DNA of 62,681 bases, counting the filler, from a bacterium (lineage in GTDB: Bacteria > JAMOTN01), in assembly GCA_027062325.1 (NCBI GenBank). It is 3 parts of 3 records of this genome, joined end to end, with 100 filler letters (N's around TTAATTAATTAA, not from the genome) between each part and the next. Parts side by side here need not be neighbours in the genome. Positions count along the whole stretch, not along the records: positions 51,384 to 62,681 come from JAMOTN010000080.1; 2 more parts are not named here. The stretch is one strand, 5' to 3'. The notes below the pieces were generated by a model that saw only the letters and a program-made list of their open reading frames with translations, ran no database searches and was not told the origin of the DNA. Both the position numbers and the translations under genes were made by a program. Shown here piece by piece: positions 52,748 to 62,681 of the stretch (its first letter is position 1; the number at the start of each line of letters is the position of its first letter).

Positions 52748-54538
52748 TCACTTCAGGTGTTGCTTGATAATGCCCTGAATTTTATCTGCGGCGTATTTTA
52801 ATGCCTTGTCAATATAGGATTTTTCTAATTTACCGTGCATAGAAGGTGTTTCAAATATTCTTTCAGGGATACGCAACTTATCAAAACTGAATCCTAACTT
52901 TTGCTTTAAGTGGTATTTAAAAGCGTATATTTTTCTTCCAAAGTTTCTTAGTTGTTCTTCGTCAAGGTTTTTACCAAGTGAATTGAAGGCTTCTGCCACA
53001 ATTTCTGGTTTGTATATACCTCTGGCAAACAGGCATATTGCTAAGCTTGTCAAAAGCTGCCTCCAGCATTCCTCTTCTATGATTTTGTCAACCAGTTCTT
53101 CAGGAGACGGAATTTCTTTGAGCTTTTGGTCAATAGAGTAACCTGCATTGTCAAGATGACTGTGTCTTGCTCCCAAAGTCCATCCCAAGTGCGCGGCGTA
53201 TCCTGTGTGATAGCCCGGCATTTCGTTTTTCCCAAAAGCCAGCGCAAAGTCTTTTCCGCCGTAGTAATCGGAAAGAGATTCTACTCCGCGTGCTGCTAGT
53301 TTATAGAAGTCGTTTGGTTGTTCAACTATGTTTTCAATAATTTTTACGTATTCGTCCGCTTCTCCCCATTTTGGTGTTGCATTCAAGGTTTCCTTTTCAG
53401 AGATTATCCCCTTTTCAAAAGCTTCAGTTATCCATGCAAGCACTACTCCCCCACTCATGGCATCCAGGCCTGCGACTTCTATGGCGTCTATAACTTTGAG
53501 TAAATCATGGCCATTTTTTATGCCGAGCATGGTTCCACAGGAGTATATGAGTTCGTAGTCGTAGCTTACGTATGTGGTTTTATAAAAATAAGGTTCATTT
53601 TCGTAACTTTCCCTCAAGATTCCAAGGTGAATACATGCCACTGGGCAGTGAGAACATGCAAGTCTTCGTCCCAGATAGTCGGAAGCCATTTTTTCTCCTG
53701 ACAGCTCTTCTGCAAAGGGATAGGTTGTGCTTTTTAAGTTGTAGGAGGGCAGAGCACCTCTTTTGTTTAGGTTAAGAATGTTTGCCGGAGTTCCCAAATC
53801 GTGATATTTTTTCATTAAGTCTGAGTTAACTTCAAGATCGTATATCTTTTTATACGTTTTGTTGTAAGAGCGCCTGAAGGCTTCTGGAATTTTTATGGAT
53901 CCTGAGCCTTCTACGACAATGGCTTTCAGATTTTTAGAACCGAATACCGCTCCGAGCCCCAATCTTCCAAAGTGTCTGTAGCTTTCTGCTACGACGGAAG
54001 AATAAGTTACCATTTTTTCGCCGGCTCTTCCAATTCGCATAATTGTTCTTATACCGGCTCCCCTTTCTGCACGACGAATTATCTTCCCGACTGTGTAGGT
54101 GGATCTCATTCCCCATATAGAGCGTGCATCTCTGAAGGCTACTTTGTTTGGAGAAATGACAAGGTATACAGGTATGTCACTTTTTCCTTTTATAACGACT
54201 GCTCCGTATCCGGTTAATCTAAATGCTGCTGAGGTCCTTCCACCACAGTGTGATTCTCCAATATTACCGGTATGGGGAGACTTAAACATGGCAACCGTTT
54301 TTGAGACAACAGGATATAAAGCGTTTAAAGGGCCTGTTGCAAATATGATCACATTATCCGGAGAGAGAGGATCGCAGTTTGGATCTAAGTTTTCTTCTAA
54401 GAGTTTTGTTGCTACTCCGGTTCCTCCGAGGTAGTTTTCAAACAGATCTTCTCTCGTCTCTGTCCACCACTTTCTAGTGGACAGGTCAATAAACAAAACC
54501 TTCTTTGGAAAAAGGTCAATATACTCCATCAAGCTCAC
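52748..54538 (-). CDS. AOR/WOR-family oxidoreductase large subunit (GOR-like)
   Basis: YLGGTG, FKSPHTG, GRLGLGAVFGSKNLKA, CSHCPVAC, DYE, GLDAMS, EMPGY. Confidence 0.88.
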   Translation of the reverse strand: MSLMEYIDLFPKKVLFIDLSTRKWWTETREDLFENYLGGTGVATKLLEENLDPNCDPLSPDNVIIFATGPLNALYPVVSKTVAMFKSPHTGNIGESHCGGRTSAAFRLTGYGAVVIKGKSDIPVYLVISPNKVAFRDARSIWGMRSTYTVGKIIRRAERGAGIRTIMRIGRAGEKMVTYSSVVAESYRHFGRLGLGAVFGSKNLKAIVVEGSGSIKIPEAFRRSYNKTYKKIYDLEVNSDLMKKYHDLGTPANILNLNKRGALPSYNLKSTTYPFAEELSGEKMASDYLGRRLACSHCPVACIHLGILRESYENEPYFYKTTYVSYDYELIYSCGTMLGIKNGHDLLKVIDAIEVAGLDAMSGGVVLAWITEAFEKGIISEKETLNATPKWGEADEYVKIIENIVEQPNDFYKLAARGVESLSDYYGGKDFALAFGKNEMPGYHTGYAAHLGWTLGARHSHLDNAGYSIDQKLKEIPSPEELVDKIIEEECWRQLLTSLAICLFARGIYKPEIVAEAFNSLGKNLDEEQLRNFGRKIYAFKYHLKQKLGFSFDKLRIPERIFETPSMHGKLEKSYIDKALKYAADKIQGIIKQHLK

Positions 54539-54548
54539 TCCTTTAAGA

Positions 54549-54953
54549 TTACCTTTCTATTTCTAAAACTCCGTGCGGGCAAAATGCTACACAGTAACCA
54601 CAGTGTTCACATATAAGGGGTTTGTTCTCGTGTTCGCTCCAGAAAACTGCCCCAATTATGCAGGCTTGCTGACACATTTTACAGCCAATACACTTTTCAG
54701 GGTGAAAGATGACCCCCCTTACCCTGCCGTTTATCACACGCTTTTCCAATGCTCCAGTAGGGCAAACTTCAGCACATACTGGATTTTCACAGGCACGGCA
54801 AATGATAACCTCAAATCCGTTTTCCATTCCTCCCGCGCTTTTGATCCGGATACGAGAGTTGACCACTCCAATTTCACCGTGACGCCTTGCACAGGCAAAC
54901 ATGCAAGATTGACAACCCACACACCTGTTGCTATCTTTAACAGCGACTCGCAT
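54549..54953 (-). CDS. Polyferredoxin small subunit (4x[4Fe-4S]) of the AOR-family enzyme
   Basis: CVGCQSCMFAC, CRACENPVCAEVCP, CIGCKMCQQAC, CEHCGYCVAFCP; AGGAGG RBS. Confidence 0.9.
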   Translation of the reverse strand: MRVAVKDSNRCVGCQSCMFACARRHGEIGVVNSRIRIKSAGGMENGFEVIICRACENPVCAEVCPTGALEKRVINGRVRGVIFHPEKCIGCKMCQQACIIGAVFWSEHENKPLICEHCGYCVAFCPHGVLEIER

Positions 54954-55018
54954 GCAAAAAACCTCCTTTGTAAAAATACTCTATTCATCTATATTCTAAC
55001 ACAGGGGAGGAAGGAAGC

Positions 55019-55657
55019 TTGATGGCTGTGGGTTTTATAGAAAGGCTGATAATGGGGTGGCGGAATTTGGAATTGAAACTTGTTTCGTATTTATACTCTA
55101 GCTTGGGCCAGCATTTTCTAGGAGAAAATTTTGAGGTGTTTTACAAGATTTTACTGGTTACCTGGCTGGTATTTTTCATTGTAACTGCAGGCAGAATAGT
55201 GTGGTTGAGAGGAAAAACTGGCAGAGGAAAAATTGATGGGGAAAAGGTTACTAAACTTTTGGGGTTGGGATTGATGGCTGTGATTGTCTCTTATGGTGTA
55301 AGCCAAATTGTGCAAATCCTAATTCCATTACCGCGTCCCTTTGTTGTTTTGAAGGTAAAACCTCTTATAAGCCATGAAGCAGATGCGTCGTTCCCTTCAG
55401 ATCATGCAGTTGTAGTGTTTGCACTTCAAACGTGGTTGAGTATGAGTTTTAGAGGTGAGGTTTGCTTTGATAAGGTTTTGTGGCTTTTGAGTTGGATATT
55501 GGGAGTGCTGGTTGTTGTTTTAAGGGTTGTTGCGGGTATCCATTACTTAGTAGATGTTGCTGCGGGAGCAGTTTTGGGAACGTTTGTTACCATGCTTATA
55601 TGCGGGGTTTTATTTGGCGGTGTTTTACAAGATAAAATTGACAATACGGCTTTATAA
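55019..55657 (+). CDS. PAP2-family phosphatase (BcrC-like undecaprenyl-PP phosphatase)
   Basis: RPF, SFPSDH, RVVAGIHY motifs; multi-TM. Confidence 0.82.
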   Translation: MMAVGFIERLIMGWRNLELKLVSYLYSSLGQHFLGENFEVFYKILLVTWLVFFIVTAGRIVWLRGKTGRGKIDGEKVTKLLGLGLMAVIVSYGVSQIVQILIPLPRPFVVLKVKPLISHEADASFPSDHAVVVFALQTWLSMSFRGEVCFDKVLWLLSWILGVLVVVLRVVAGIHYLVDVAAGAVLGTFVTMLICGVLFGGVLQDKIDNTAL

Positions 55658-55667
55658 GTGTTAAAAT
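55638..55667 (+). promoter_or_regulatory. Sigma70-type promoter of rplM-rpsI
   Basis: TTGACA (55638-43), 18-nt spacer, extended -10 TGtTAAAAT (55659-67). Confidence 0.7.
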
Positions 55668-55730
55668 TTTAAAAGCTTTTAAATTGGGGGTAGAGTTTAC
55701 AAGTAACATAGGTGAAGGGGTGTAAGAGCC

Positions 55731-56186
55731 ATGTTGAGAGGAGTAAAGCAAAAGACGTGGTTTGCTAAAAAAGGTGAAGTAGAGCGCAAATGGTGGATTG
55801 TTGATGTAAAGGGAAAAATTTTAGGAAGGGCTGCAACGAGGATTGCGACACTTCTTATGGGGAAACATAAACCGACGTGGACACCTCACGTTGATACTGG
55901 GGATTTCGTGGTGGTAGTGAATGCAGATAAAGTTACTGTTAGCAAGGATGCTAAAAAGTTGAAAAAGCGCTATTATTACCACTCTGGTTATGCAGGTGGT
56001 TTAAAGGAGAAGACTCTAAAAGAGATGATGGAGAAGTATCCGGAAAAACTCATGTGGTTAGCTGTTAAGAGAATGCTTCCTAAAAATAGACTTGGTAGGA
56101 AGATGATAAAGAAGTTAAAAATCTACCGCGGTGAAGAGCATCCTCATGCAGCTCAGAAACCTGTGGAGTACAAGTGGGAAGATTAG
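55731..56186 (+). CDS. rplM: 50S ribosomal protein L13
   Basis: [47 protein letters not shown]. Confidence 0.98.
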   Translation: MLRGVKQKTWFAKKGEVERKWWIVDVKGKILGRAATRIATLLMGKHKPTWTPHVDTGDFVVVVNADKVTVSKDAKKLKKRYYYHSGYAGGLKEKTLKEMMEKYPEKLMWLAVKRMLPKNRLGRKMIKKLKIYRGEEHPHAAQKPVEYKWED

Positions 56187-56214
56187 TTGAAGATTTAATA
56201 GGGGGGTATAGGAG

Positions 56215-56607
56215 ATGGATAAGTTTGCAGCAACCGGGAGCAGAAAAGAAGCAACGGCAAGAGTTGTTATCATACCCGGTGGAAGTGGAAATTTTGAGGT
56301 GAACGGTAAGAGTATAGATGAGTACTTCTCCAACATGCTCCTTTATATCCGCGCAGCAAAAGAACCACTTGAGTTGGTTGGCGCGTTGGATAAGTTTGAT
56401 GTAAAGGTTAAGGTAAAAGGTGGCGGACTTACTGGCCAAAGTGAAGCTATAAGGCATGGTTTAGCGAGAGCTCTTGAGAAGTACAATCCGGAGTGGAGAA
56501 GAGACTTGAAAAAGCGTGGATTTCTTACTCGAGATGCTCGTGAGAAGGAAAGAAAGAAGTATGGTTTAAGAAAAGCAAGAAGAGCACCTCAGTTTACAAA
56601 GAGATAG
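56215..56607 (+). CDS. rpsI: 30S ribosomal protein S9
   Basis: [28 protein letters not shown]. Confidence 0.98.
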   Translation: MDKFAATGSRKEATARVVIIPGGSGNFEVNGKSIDEYFSNMLLYIRAAKEPLELVGALDKFDVKVKVKGGGLTGQSEAIRHGLARALEKYNPEWRRDLKKRGFLTRDAREKERKKYGLRKARRAPQFTKR

Positions 56608-56617
56608 TGGTTTGGAA

Positions 56618-56675
56618 GGGCCCTTGCGTAGTGGAAGTTTTTGTTTGGGGCAAGGGCCTGTTATTTGTTTTTGTT
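56618..56675 (+). terminator. Probable intrinsic terminator after rpsI
   Basis: GGCCCTTGC / GCAAGGGCC 9-bp stem with a 22-nt loop, then a T-rich tract. Confidence 0.55.
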
Positions 56676-56751
56676 GTTCAGTTGCACTAGAAAATTACGG
56701 AGAGTAAATAAGAAGGTTTCTTCTAGGTGTACAGTGCGAGGGGGTTGCTAG

Positions 56752-58122
<1,371 letters not shown>

Positions 58123-58126
58123 AAAG

Positions 58127-58849
58127 GTGGAGAAGGGGAGTATAAGTTCTCCCTTTTTAGAATACCTCAAAAGTGATTTTGATTTTCTTTCTGAAAAGAG
58201 GACGAGAATTCCCACATTTTTGGGTGTGGCTTATGAAGGTTGGCTTTTACATGCCATATTCAGAGTTGGGGCTGATATTTTGAAACTTATAGGATTTGAA
58301 AGAATATCCAAAGTCAGCAAGTATTTTTCTTACTTTTGCCTTGCTTTTTTCAGAAACTTTGAAAGACGCGTTTACGGAGTTTCTGGGGATGGGAGAATTT
58401 TGTTGTCGCCTGCTGATGGAAAGGTCATAGGAGTAGATGAGGTTGAGGATAAGTGGTTAGGAAAAGCAAGGCGCGTGAAAATATTTATGAGTCCATTCGA
58501 TTATCACATGAATAGAGCTCCAGCAAATATGGTGCTAGAAGACTACGCCTACAGAACAGGAAGTTTCTCTATGGCTTTTGATAAGGATGCAGATAATAAT
58601 GAGAGGTTGGAGAGTTTATGGCGTTTAGAAAGTGGGGAAAAGATAAAAATTGTACAGATAGCAGGGTGGCTTGCAAGGCGCATAGATTTTAGAGTTGAAA
58701 AGAGAGATAGAGTTGCGGTCGGAGAGGTTTTCGGTATGATTAAATTTTCGTCTCGAGTAGATCTTTATGCTCCTTATGAATTTGTACCCACAGTGAAGGA
58801 AGGAATGCGAGTTGTAGCTGGGGTGACCACTTTGTTTAGAAAGGTGTAG
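58127..58849 (+). CDS. psd: Phosphatidylserine decarboxylase proenzyme (short type)
   Basis: FFRNFER, SPADG, IFMSPFDYHMNRAP, NER, QIAG-LARRI, MIKFSSRVD; next to pssA; start uncertain. Confidence 0.87.
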   Translation: MEKGSISSPFLEYLKSDFDFLSEKRTRIPTFLGVAYEGWLLHAIFRVGADILKLIGFERISKVSKYFSYFCLAFFRNFERRVYGVSGDGRILLSPADGKVIGVDEVEDKWLGKARRVKIFMSPFDYHMNRAPANMVLEDYAYRTGSFSMAFDKDADNNERLESLWRLESGEKIKIVQIAGWLARRIDFRVEKRDRVAVGEVFGMIKFSSRVDLYAPYEFVPTVKEGMRVVAGVTTLFRKV

Positions 58850-58869
58850 AAATGTGAGTTTAACAAGAG

Positions 58870-59562
58870 GTGAATTTGGTGAGGGGGTTGAAGGATACTT
58901 TAAAGCTTTTACCGGGTGTGTTGACTGCAAGTTCCATGTTTTGTGGATTTGCAGGGTTATGGCTGGTTGTTGCAAAAAAATACTTACTGGCGGCAAGCTT
59001 GGTAATTGTTGCAATACTCTTTGATTCGCTGGATGGTAAGGTTGCAAGATTTTTAAAAGCTTCCAGTGAGTTTGGTAAAGAATTTGATTCTATTTCTGAT
59101 GTTGTGGCATTTGGAGCTTTGCCAGCGCTTCTTTTGAGTGTTATGGCACCTTCGTCTATGTCGCTTGCTGCAGGTTTTGTGTATCTTCTTGGTGGAGCGA
59201 TTAGACTTGCTAGGTTTAATTTACTCCCAACTAAAAAAAGTTTTTCTGGTTTGCCTATTCCAGCTGCAGCCTCGAATGTTGCAATATTTTCTTTGATGGT
59301 TGCCAATCATTCTCTTGTGGGAAAGGTTAATGCTTGGTTTGTAATGGTGCTGGGGATTTTGATGTTTTGGTTGATGACCAGTAACATTGAGTATCCGGCT
59401 TTTAAAGGACGCTGGAATTACGCGATTTGGTTGCTGATAGCTTTAGTAGGAGTGCTTTTGATTTTCAAGATGTACGAAGCATTGTTTGCAGTTTCTATGA
59501 CGTATGTTTTGTCTGGGCCAGCTCTTGCTTTAAAGCGTGCAATTTTGAAGAGGACAAATTAG
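58870..59562 (+). CDS. pssA: CDP-diacylglycerol--serine O-phosphatidyltransferase
   Basis: DSLDGKVAR...FGKEFDSISD, RLARFN, FSGLPIP. Confidence 0.92.
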   Translation: MNLVRGLKDTLKLLPGVLTASSMFCGFAGLWLVVAKKYLLAASLVIVAILFDSLDGKVARFLKASSEFGKEFDSISDVVAFGALPALLLSVMAPSSMSLAAGFVYLLGGAIRLARFNLLPTKKSFSGLPIPAAASNVAIFSLMVANHSLVGKVNAWFVMVLGILMFWLMTSNIEYPAFKGRWNYAIWLLIALVGVLLIFKMYEALFAVSMTYVLSGPALALKRAILKRTN

Positions 59563-59598
59563 AAAATTGATGCCAATAGATGAGAGGAGGGATAAAAG

Positions 59599-61149
59599 TT
59601 GAGTTGGGGATTGATACTTGCAATTATCATAGGTGGACTTGTCGGATTTGGTATAAGTGTTTTCTTGCAGAAAATGTTTGTCAAGTTGAAGATTCAGTCA
59701 GCTCAAGATAGAGCTGAGAAGATCATAGAAGATGCGAAGAAAGAGGCAGAAAATATTGTAAAAGAAGCGAAGTTAAAAGCAGAGGCGGAGCTGCAGCGTT
59801 TAAAGACTGAGCTTGAGAACCGGATGCGAAAAGAGTTAGATGAGGCAAAAGCTGAGCTTAGAAAAAAGGAAGAGCAGCTTATACAGCGAGAGGCACGTCT
59901 TGATGCAAAAGAAGAGAAGTTGGAAGAGAGAGAAGAAAGAGTTAAGGCAATTGAGGAGGAGATAGAAAAGCAAAAGCAGGAAATAGAAGTGATAAAATCA
60001 GAGTACATGAAAAAATTGTCTGAAACTGCAGGTTTGTCTCAAGAGGAAGCAAGAGAGACCTTACTCAGAGAGCTTGATAGAGAACTGGAGATAGAGTATG
60101 CCAAAAAGATAAAGGCGTGGGAAGATAGATTAACTCAAGAAGAGACAGAGATGGCTCAGAAGGTTATAACTACTGCAATTCAGCGCATAGCTTTGGATAC
60201 TGCTTCTAACATAACTACGACGGTTGTTCATCTTCCAAATGAGGAGATGAAGGGAAGAGTTATCGGAAGAGAGGGAAGAAATATAAGGACGTTTGAAGCG
60301 ATCACAGGAGTTAATGTTGTTATTGATGATACTCCTGAGGTTGTTGTGCTGTCATGTTGGGATCCGGTAAGGCGTGAAATCGCAAGGGTTGCTTTGCAGC
60401 GTTTGGTGGATGATGGACGAATTCATCCAGGACGTATTGAGGAGGAGGTTGAGAAAGCTCAGAAGCAGATTGAAGCGGAGATGATGAAGGCTGCTAAAGA
60501 TGCTGTTCGTGAAGTAGGAATAGGTCTTGTGCCAACAAATATATTGAAACTTTTGGGAAGGTTGAAGTATAGAAGGAGTTATGGTCAAAATGTTCTCCAG
60601 CACAGTATAGAGGTTGCGATAATTGCTGGAAATATTGCTGCTGAGCTTGGTTTAGATGAGAAGCTTGCAAGAAGAGCAGGTTTCTTCCACGATATAGGAA
60701 AGGCGATAGATCATGAAGTTGAGGGATCTCATGCTGCTATTGGTGCGGACATTCTTAAGAAAAATGGAGAGAGTGAAATAATAGTCAATGCGGTTGCTGC
60801 ACACCACGATGAGGTGGAACCAGCCTCGTTAATCGCTGAGATAGTAAAGGTTGCTGATGCTATTTCTGCAAGTAGAGAAGGAGCACGTTCTGAGAGTATT
60901 GAAGGATATGTCAAGAGAATTAAACAACTTGAAGAGATTGCTAATTCTTTTGAAGGAGTTAAGCAAGCGTTTGCAATGCAGGCGGGGAGAGAGTTACGCG
61001 TCATAGTTGAGCCCGAAAAAATAGATGATGAGATGTTAGCCAAGCTTTCCTACGATATAGCCAAGAAAATAGAGGAGACGATGGATTATCCAGGACAGGT
61101 TAAAGTGGTGACTATAAGAGAATTGAGAAGCATAGAGTGGGCTAAGTGA
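59599..61149 (+). CDS. rny: Ribonuclease Y
   Basis: TM helix, coiled coil, KH GRVIGREGRNI, HD domain HDIGK, QAGRE. Confidence 0.97.
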   Translation: MSWGLILAIIIGGLVGFGISVFLQKMFVKLKIQSAQDRAEKIIEDAKKEAENIVKEAKLKAEAELQRLKTELENRMRKELDEAKAELRKKEEQLIQREARLDAKEEKLEEREERVKAIEEEIEKQKQEIEVIKSEYMKKLSETAGLSQEEARETLLRELDRELEIEYAKKIKAWEDRLTQEETEMAQKVITTAIQRIALDTASNITTTVVHLPNEEMKGRVIGREGRNIRTFEAITGVNVVIDDTPEVVVLSCWDPVRREIARVALQRLVDDGRIHPGRIEEEVEKAQKQIEAEMMKAAKDAVREVGIGLVPTNILKLLGRLKYRRSYGQNVLQHSIEVAIIAGNIAAELGLDEKLARRAGFFHDIGKAIDHEVEGSHAAIGADILKKNGESEIIVNAVAAHHDEVEPASLIAEIVKVADAISASREGARSESIEGYVKRIKQLEEIANSFEGVKQAFAMQAGRELRVIVEPEKIDDEMLAKLSYDIAKKIEETMDYPGQVKVVTIRELRSIEWAK

Positions 61150-61193
61150 TTATGTGCGTTTTTGTGGGACTTGGTAGGTGAGGAGATAGGTTT

Positions 61194-62150
61194 ATGGCGC
61201 GGGCACGGACGAAGCGGAAGACAGCGTCGGGTGGAAGTCTTGATCTTTTGAAAGCTATAAAATTTGAATTTCCGTTGCCTGCGTGTTTTGTGTGTTCTGA
61301 TGACGTAAAGGGTTTTTTAATGGAATGGTTCCGATTGCACAAGAAGGTGAAAGTGGTATCAGAGCCTTATGAGGTTGGAGGCAGAATGGGATTGTTCGCC
61401 GTTGCTTACGATTTGTACATACTTGAAGGTGTTAAAAAGGTAAAGAAAAATGAGAATGTACTACTGGGGAAAAATGCTGTAGTATTTGCTAGTTCTGCTA
61501 AACTTGAAAAGATACCAGTATTTAGGATATGGGATCCTGTGGATGAGGTTAAGAGAAAGGTCTACGCTTACATTTTGAAAAGATTTGGTTTTTCATCTGA
61601 AATAGCAGAAGAATTACTTCACGCTTCTCCACTTGAGGTTCTGACTGTTGCTAAGTCTTCTGAAGGATTGGGAGATGAGGAACTGCTTGCTTTGTTAGAG
61701 ACTAATCAGGATGAGTTGTTAGAGGTTATAAGGATGCTTTACTCGGTTGATACTTTAAAGAAAATTCCTTTGAGAAAAAAGTTTAATGCACCTGTTTATG
61801 TCGAAAGTTGGATTACTAAGAATACGGTTGCAGCAGTTATGAATATGGCTTTGTTAGGAAAGGGTGTTTCATATACACAGAATGATTTAATTAATTACTG
61901 GAAGATCGGGGGAGAAAACAGTTTTAAAGTGCTGCGATTAAAGTCATCGTTAAGAAGTAAAATAAAGTTGGAATATAGTACGGTTCACAGTCAGATACCT
62001 TTTCTGATGGCTATCGAGAAGTTGGGAGCAAAGAAGTTGATAGATATGGCACTGATTTTGCAAAAAAGGGCTCGTCTTGGAAATTTTGAATTGGTATTCA
62101 ATAAGTGGCTATTGGAGATTTTGAATGCTATAAGGGATTTTGTGGGTTAA
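61194..62150 (+). CDS. Hypothetical protein, possibly a divergent DNA polymerase III delta subunit (HolA)
   Basis: 318 aa, MGLF at the position of the delta SLF clamp-binding motif, helical C-terminus; weak similarity only. Confidence 0.35.
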   Translation: MARARTKRKTASGGSLDLLKAIKFEFPLPACFVCSDDVKGFLMEWFRLHKKVKVVSEPYEVGGRMGLFAVAYDLYILEGVKKVKKNENVLLGKNAVVFASSAKLEKIPVFRIWDPVDEVKRKVYAYILKRFGFSSEIAEELLHASPLEVLTVAKSSEGLGDEELLALLETNQDELLEVIRMLYSVDTLKKIPLRKKFNAPVYVESWITKNTVAAVMNMALLGKGVSYTQNDLINYWKIGGENSFKVLRLKSSLRSKIKLEYSTVHSQIPFLMAIEKLGAKKLIDMALILQKRARLGNFELVFNKWLLEILNAIRDFVG

Positions 62151-62215
62151 GATGTGCTTGTGATGGGGTGTGGAGTTTGAACTGAACACAAAGGTTTATA
62201 AAAGGGGTGTCTGAA

Positions 62216-62681
62216 GTGAAAAAGTTATTTACTATGAAAAGGGATGAGTTGGTTCGACTTCTTGAGAGGATGAGAGAGCATAACAATAAATACAACTTAT
62301 ATACTCATGTTTTGACAGAGGATGAACTAGAAAGAGAGATAGAGAGAACTTATAAAGAAACAGGAAAAGAAGAATTCATACCGCTTGTGGTCAAAGATAA
62401 CATATCTGTTGCGGATTTACCGTTGACTTGTGCGAGTGGTATTTTGAAAAACTTTGTAGCTACTTACGATGCTACAGTTATTAGAAAACTAAGAAAACGT
62501 GGTTTTGTTGTGGTGGCTAAGGCAAATATGGATGAGTTTGCTATGGGATCTACCAGTGAGCACTCTGTGTTTGGTAGGGTTAAGAATCCCATTGATCCTG
62601 ATAAGGTGCCGGGTGGTTCAAGTGGCGGGAGTGCAGCAAGTGTAGCTCTTGGGGATGTGCAAGTAGCATTGGGATCAGATA
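62216..62681 (+). CDS. gatA: Asp/Glu-tRNA amidotransferase subunit A, 3'-truncated, not in the ORF track
   Basis: Manual translation ...VVKDNI...TCASGIL...YDATV...KANMDEFAMGS...VPGGSSGGSAA...ALGSD; GTG 62216 with AAGGGG RBS. Confidence 0.9.
   Translation, partial: MKKLFTMKRDELVRLLERMREHNNKYNLYTHVLTEDELEREIERTYKETGKEEFIPLVVKDNISVADLPLTCASGILKNFVATYDATVIRKLRKRGFVVVAKANMDEFAMGSTSEHSVFGRVKNPIDPDKVPGGSSGGSAASVALGDVQVALGSD

Noticed and set aside
56660-56751. T-box riboswitch upstream of serS
   Set aside because: No T-box consensus and the leader is too short; only a weak CTAGAA/TTCTAG hairpin

Overview
Core-genome DNA from a bacterium, probably an anaerobic thermophile of a deep-branching lineage (inferred from gene content, not from a search). 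The window is three contigs joined by two artificial 100-bp N44-TTAATTAATTAA-N44 linkers (25794-25893, 51284-51383), so adjacency across them means nothing. Contig 1 is a co-oriented housekeeping run (lptF/G, argS, tmk, tRNA-Ala, ftsH-folP-folK, oppABC, rsmE, dapA-dapL, cdaA-cdaR, PBP1A) plus a divergent topA. Contig 2 holds an M14 carboxypeptidase, a methylmalonyl-CoA / 2-oxoacid:ferredoxin oxidoreductase cluster and the replication-origin region (gyrA-gyrB-recF-like-dnaA-oriC-rpmH-rnpA-yidD-yidC-jag-mnmE-mnmG-mnmG-rsmG-parB). Contig 3 has enolase behind a two-subunit AOR-family oxidoreductase, then rplM-rpsI, serS, psd-pssA, rny, a HolA-like gene and partial gatA. No CRISPR, IS element or prophage was seen. 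The best leads are: (1) two translationally coupled MnmG paralogs that deviate from consensus at different motifs, possibly a heterodimer; (2) a GOR-like tungsten enzyme pair directly upstream of enolase; (3) a remodelled origin cluster with no dnaN or parA in place, a degenerate RecF, an intragenic perfect parS, and an oriC of co-oriented DnaA boxes ending in a 5-nt-periodic element. Family calls are by motif recognition only.
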